Part shown: positions 61,490 to 64,000 of the stretch, piece by piece
How positions within the stretch are numbered: position 1 is the stretch's first letter
Layout of the letters: every line of letters starts with the position of its first letter
From: Scenedesmus sp. PABB004
Lineage: Eukaryota
Assembly: GCA_014905635.1 (NCBI GenBank)
Contig: JABVCE010000007.1
Span: 434,001-498,000 of the forward strand
Length of the DNA stretch: 64,000 nt
Direction: 5' to 3'
The notes under the pieces: model-generated
The model's input: only the letters and a program-made list of their open reading frames with translations
Told to the model about the DNA's origin: nothing
The model's database searches: none
Translations under genes and position numbers: made by a program

Positions 61490-63249
61490 GCGGCGGTCTA
61501 CCGGGCGCGGCAGAGGGGTCTCGAGGCGGGCGATCGCCTTGAGGGGGGCGTGGCTGGCCGCGGCGGCGCTTTGATGGGCGCGCTGCAGCGAACGCGGTGC
61601 TGCTGCTGCTGCGGCCGCCGGAGGGGTGCTGCGTGCCGAGAGGGCCGGGAGGGGTGCTGGCGGCGCATCTGCCGGCGGGCCAGCGATCGCCGGCCTGTGG
61701 GCGGGCGAGCGGCGGTTCTGCGCCAGGCCCTGCGCGAGCGTGTTGCCGCGCTGCGAGACGCCGCTGCGCCCCGCCCGCTCTCGCTCTCGCCGAAGGAAAT
61801 GCTGCAAGAAGAACAGGACAACAGCAGTGTGCATGGTGGGCGCCACGAGCGCGCGCGACACGTTTCGTGAACAGCAGCGCAGTCCTCAGTCCTCGGGCCT
61901 TGGCGCACGCGGCGCCGCCACGAAAAAAGGCGGCGACCGACCGCCGCCACGGTCCGCACGCACCCCGCGCACGCGGCCAGGCGGCGCCGGTGCACCGCTT
62001 GCCGGCGGGAGGCGCAGGCAGGAGCAGACGTCGCCCTGTGAACGCCCGAGCAGCCAACCAGCCCAGCACCCAACGATCACCACCTGGGGTCCTGATGGTG
62101 GTCACGCCCCTGCTGCCCTTCCGCGGCATGCACGCCTGAGCCGACACGCCCAGGCCGGCCGTTCGGGGGCCGGACGCGTGGGCACACCCACGGTTGCTCA
62201 CACACACACGCCAGGCGCGCTCGCCGGCGCGCAGCAGCTGGGTTAACGAGGCCCCCCAAACAAAAGATGGCATGCGTTGCGTTGTGCGTGTGCGTGTGTC
62301 GTGCGCGCACGGTCGCCCCGTCCACCAGCCAGCTCGCCCCTCCCTCCATCCAAGCCAAGCCCACGCCCCCCCCCCCCCCCCCCCAACCAACCAACCGCCC
62401 CCCGCTCAACAGCGGCCCCGCATCTTTGTACACACACACCACGGAGGCTGCAACACATCAGCTGGGGCTCACGCGTTGCTTGCGCCTCGCCGTTGGTTGT
62501 CGTTCAGCCGCGACGCCAGCCGGCGGCGGCGCGCGCAACAGGGCCGCAGGCGCGCTCGCCCGTGCGCGAGGGCGCCGCGCCGTCGCCGCGCTCGCCTTCA
62601 AAAGGGGGTCTAGACAGCCACCACGCCACGCGCCGGGCAAAAGGCTGGTGCCCGCGCGCGCGGTGAGCAGGCAAAGGAGTCGGCACGCCGTCAAGCGCCA
62701 AGCGTGCAGTGGTCAGTGCGCAAGGGGGCAGGTGGGCTCGTGGCCACGGCGACTCAAAGCTGGTCGCCGGCTCGCATTTATCGATCGACGTCAACCTCTT
62801 ATTGGGCAGGCCACACGGCTCGCGCAGGCCCTGCCTGCCGCTGACGGCCGGCGGCCGTCGCGCGGCGTCGGCGGCGTCCGAGCGGCAGCGCCGCGCGCCC
62901 CGCACCGCGGGGCGGCGGCCCGCCGCTGCACGCCACGCATTGGTGGTTTGGTGTGTTGAGCTCTGGTGTTCCCTGTCCATGTCTCGCTTTGGTTGATCAT
63001 GCAGCACGCAAGCAGGGCCCTGACCGATGCAGTCCGTCCATCTCAGGCTGCAACGGGAGGGGTCGGAAAGCGCTGAGCATCATACTCCCGACACAAATCT
63101 GCGCACCCGGCCCTCGCCGCGCGCCGGCGCGGGCGCCGCCCGCGCCGGCGGCTGCGGCGCCCCGGGGCGCAAGAAAGGCCCGTTGTCGCCCGCACCAAGT
63201 CAGGCGCCGCCCGCAGCGCTAGTGGTGGTGGCCGCGGTGGCGCGGGCTG

Positions 63250-63869
63250 CTACAGCTCGCTGGCGTACCACGACGCCGCCTGGGAAGCCGCTGCGTTGAC
63301 CTGCGCCCGCTGGCGCAGCGCCGCGAGCAGCTGCTGCTGCCGCTGGACGGCCGCCTCGTGCTGCTGCCCCAGCAGCGCGTGCTGGCGCTGCATCTCTTGT
63401 ATTTGCTCCCGCTGCGCCTGCACCTGCTGCACCAGGGGCGCCGGCCACCGCTGCTGCGCCTGCTGCTGGTGCTGCACCGCCTGCAGGCGCGCCAGGCCGC
63501 TCGTGGCGGGGGCGACGCCCTGGCGCGCGGCGGCCGCCTGCTGCTGCAGCGTCAGCACGTGCGCGAGCGCCTGCTCGTGCAGGGCGCTGTTCGGCGGCGT
63601 GCCCGCCGACGCCGACGGCGAGACGGTGGCCAGGCTGGCGCAGCCGGTGGACGCCGCGTCGCCGCCGGAGGCGGCGCTGCCAGAGCCGGCGCTGCCGGAC
63701 GGCGGCGCGAGCGCGGCGTGCAGCAGCGTCGACAGCTCCGCCTCGCCCAGCCGCTCCAGGTCGCTGCTGGTCGCGCTCTGCAGCTCCTGGTGCAGCTGCG
63801 AGACGAGCCACTGCAGGCGCGCGCTCCTCTGGGAAGAGACGGACGACGGCGGCTCGGCCTCGCAGGCCT

Positions 63870-63911
<42 letters not shown>

Positions 63912-64000
63912 GCGCGGAGGGGGGCGCCGACACGGTGCGCAGCACCGGCGGCCCCCCGCCGCCGTGCGCGGTGCTGACGTTGGAGACGCTGCGCTGCAGC
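63250..64000 (-). CDS. 3' end of an unknown gene (Ala/Gln-rich, coiled-coil-like), continuing beyond the window
   Basis: Open frame with coding-like codon usage: RLQWLVSQLHQELQ..QQVQAQREQIQEMQRQH..SWYASEL*. Confidence 0.6.

Noticed and set aside
61500..63240. Lower-GC gap that might hold an ncRNA or mobile element
   Set aside because: No recognisable RNA gene, terminal repeats or protein motif; it is consistent with a 3' UTR plus promoter.

Overview
Eukaryotic, extremely GC-rich and intron-rich DNA, most consistent with a chlorophyte green alga (probably Sphaeropleales/Selenastraceae-like; this is an inference). Most long ORFs in the supplied track are GC artefacts. Hand-splicing gives about 19 protein genes: a BRWD/PHIP-type WD40-bromodomain protein, a DUF2322-like plastid protein, a secreted FAD lactone oxidase, an RS-rich bromodomain protein, plastid SufC, a DUF3531 protein, a bacterial-type cellulose-synthase-like GT2 fused in frame to a degenerate GH9 endoglucanase domain, a receptor-like TKL kinase, an uncharacterised secreted protein, an AUX1/LAX-type permease, an OTU deubiquitinase, an NYN/C2H2 protein, an OPR-like helical-repeat protein, two class 3 lipases, a jacalin-like protein, a glutathionyl-hydroquinone reductase, a thioredoxin-fold protein and a partial gene at the right edge. 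The most interesting items are the GT2-(pseudo)GH9 fusion, a ~490 bp direct repeat sitting upstream of both the receptor kinase and the adjacent secreted protein, the AUX1/LAX homolog, and many GC-AG introns. Several single-base frameshifts in short G/C runs suggest assembly errors. All family calls come from recalled motifs, not database searches.
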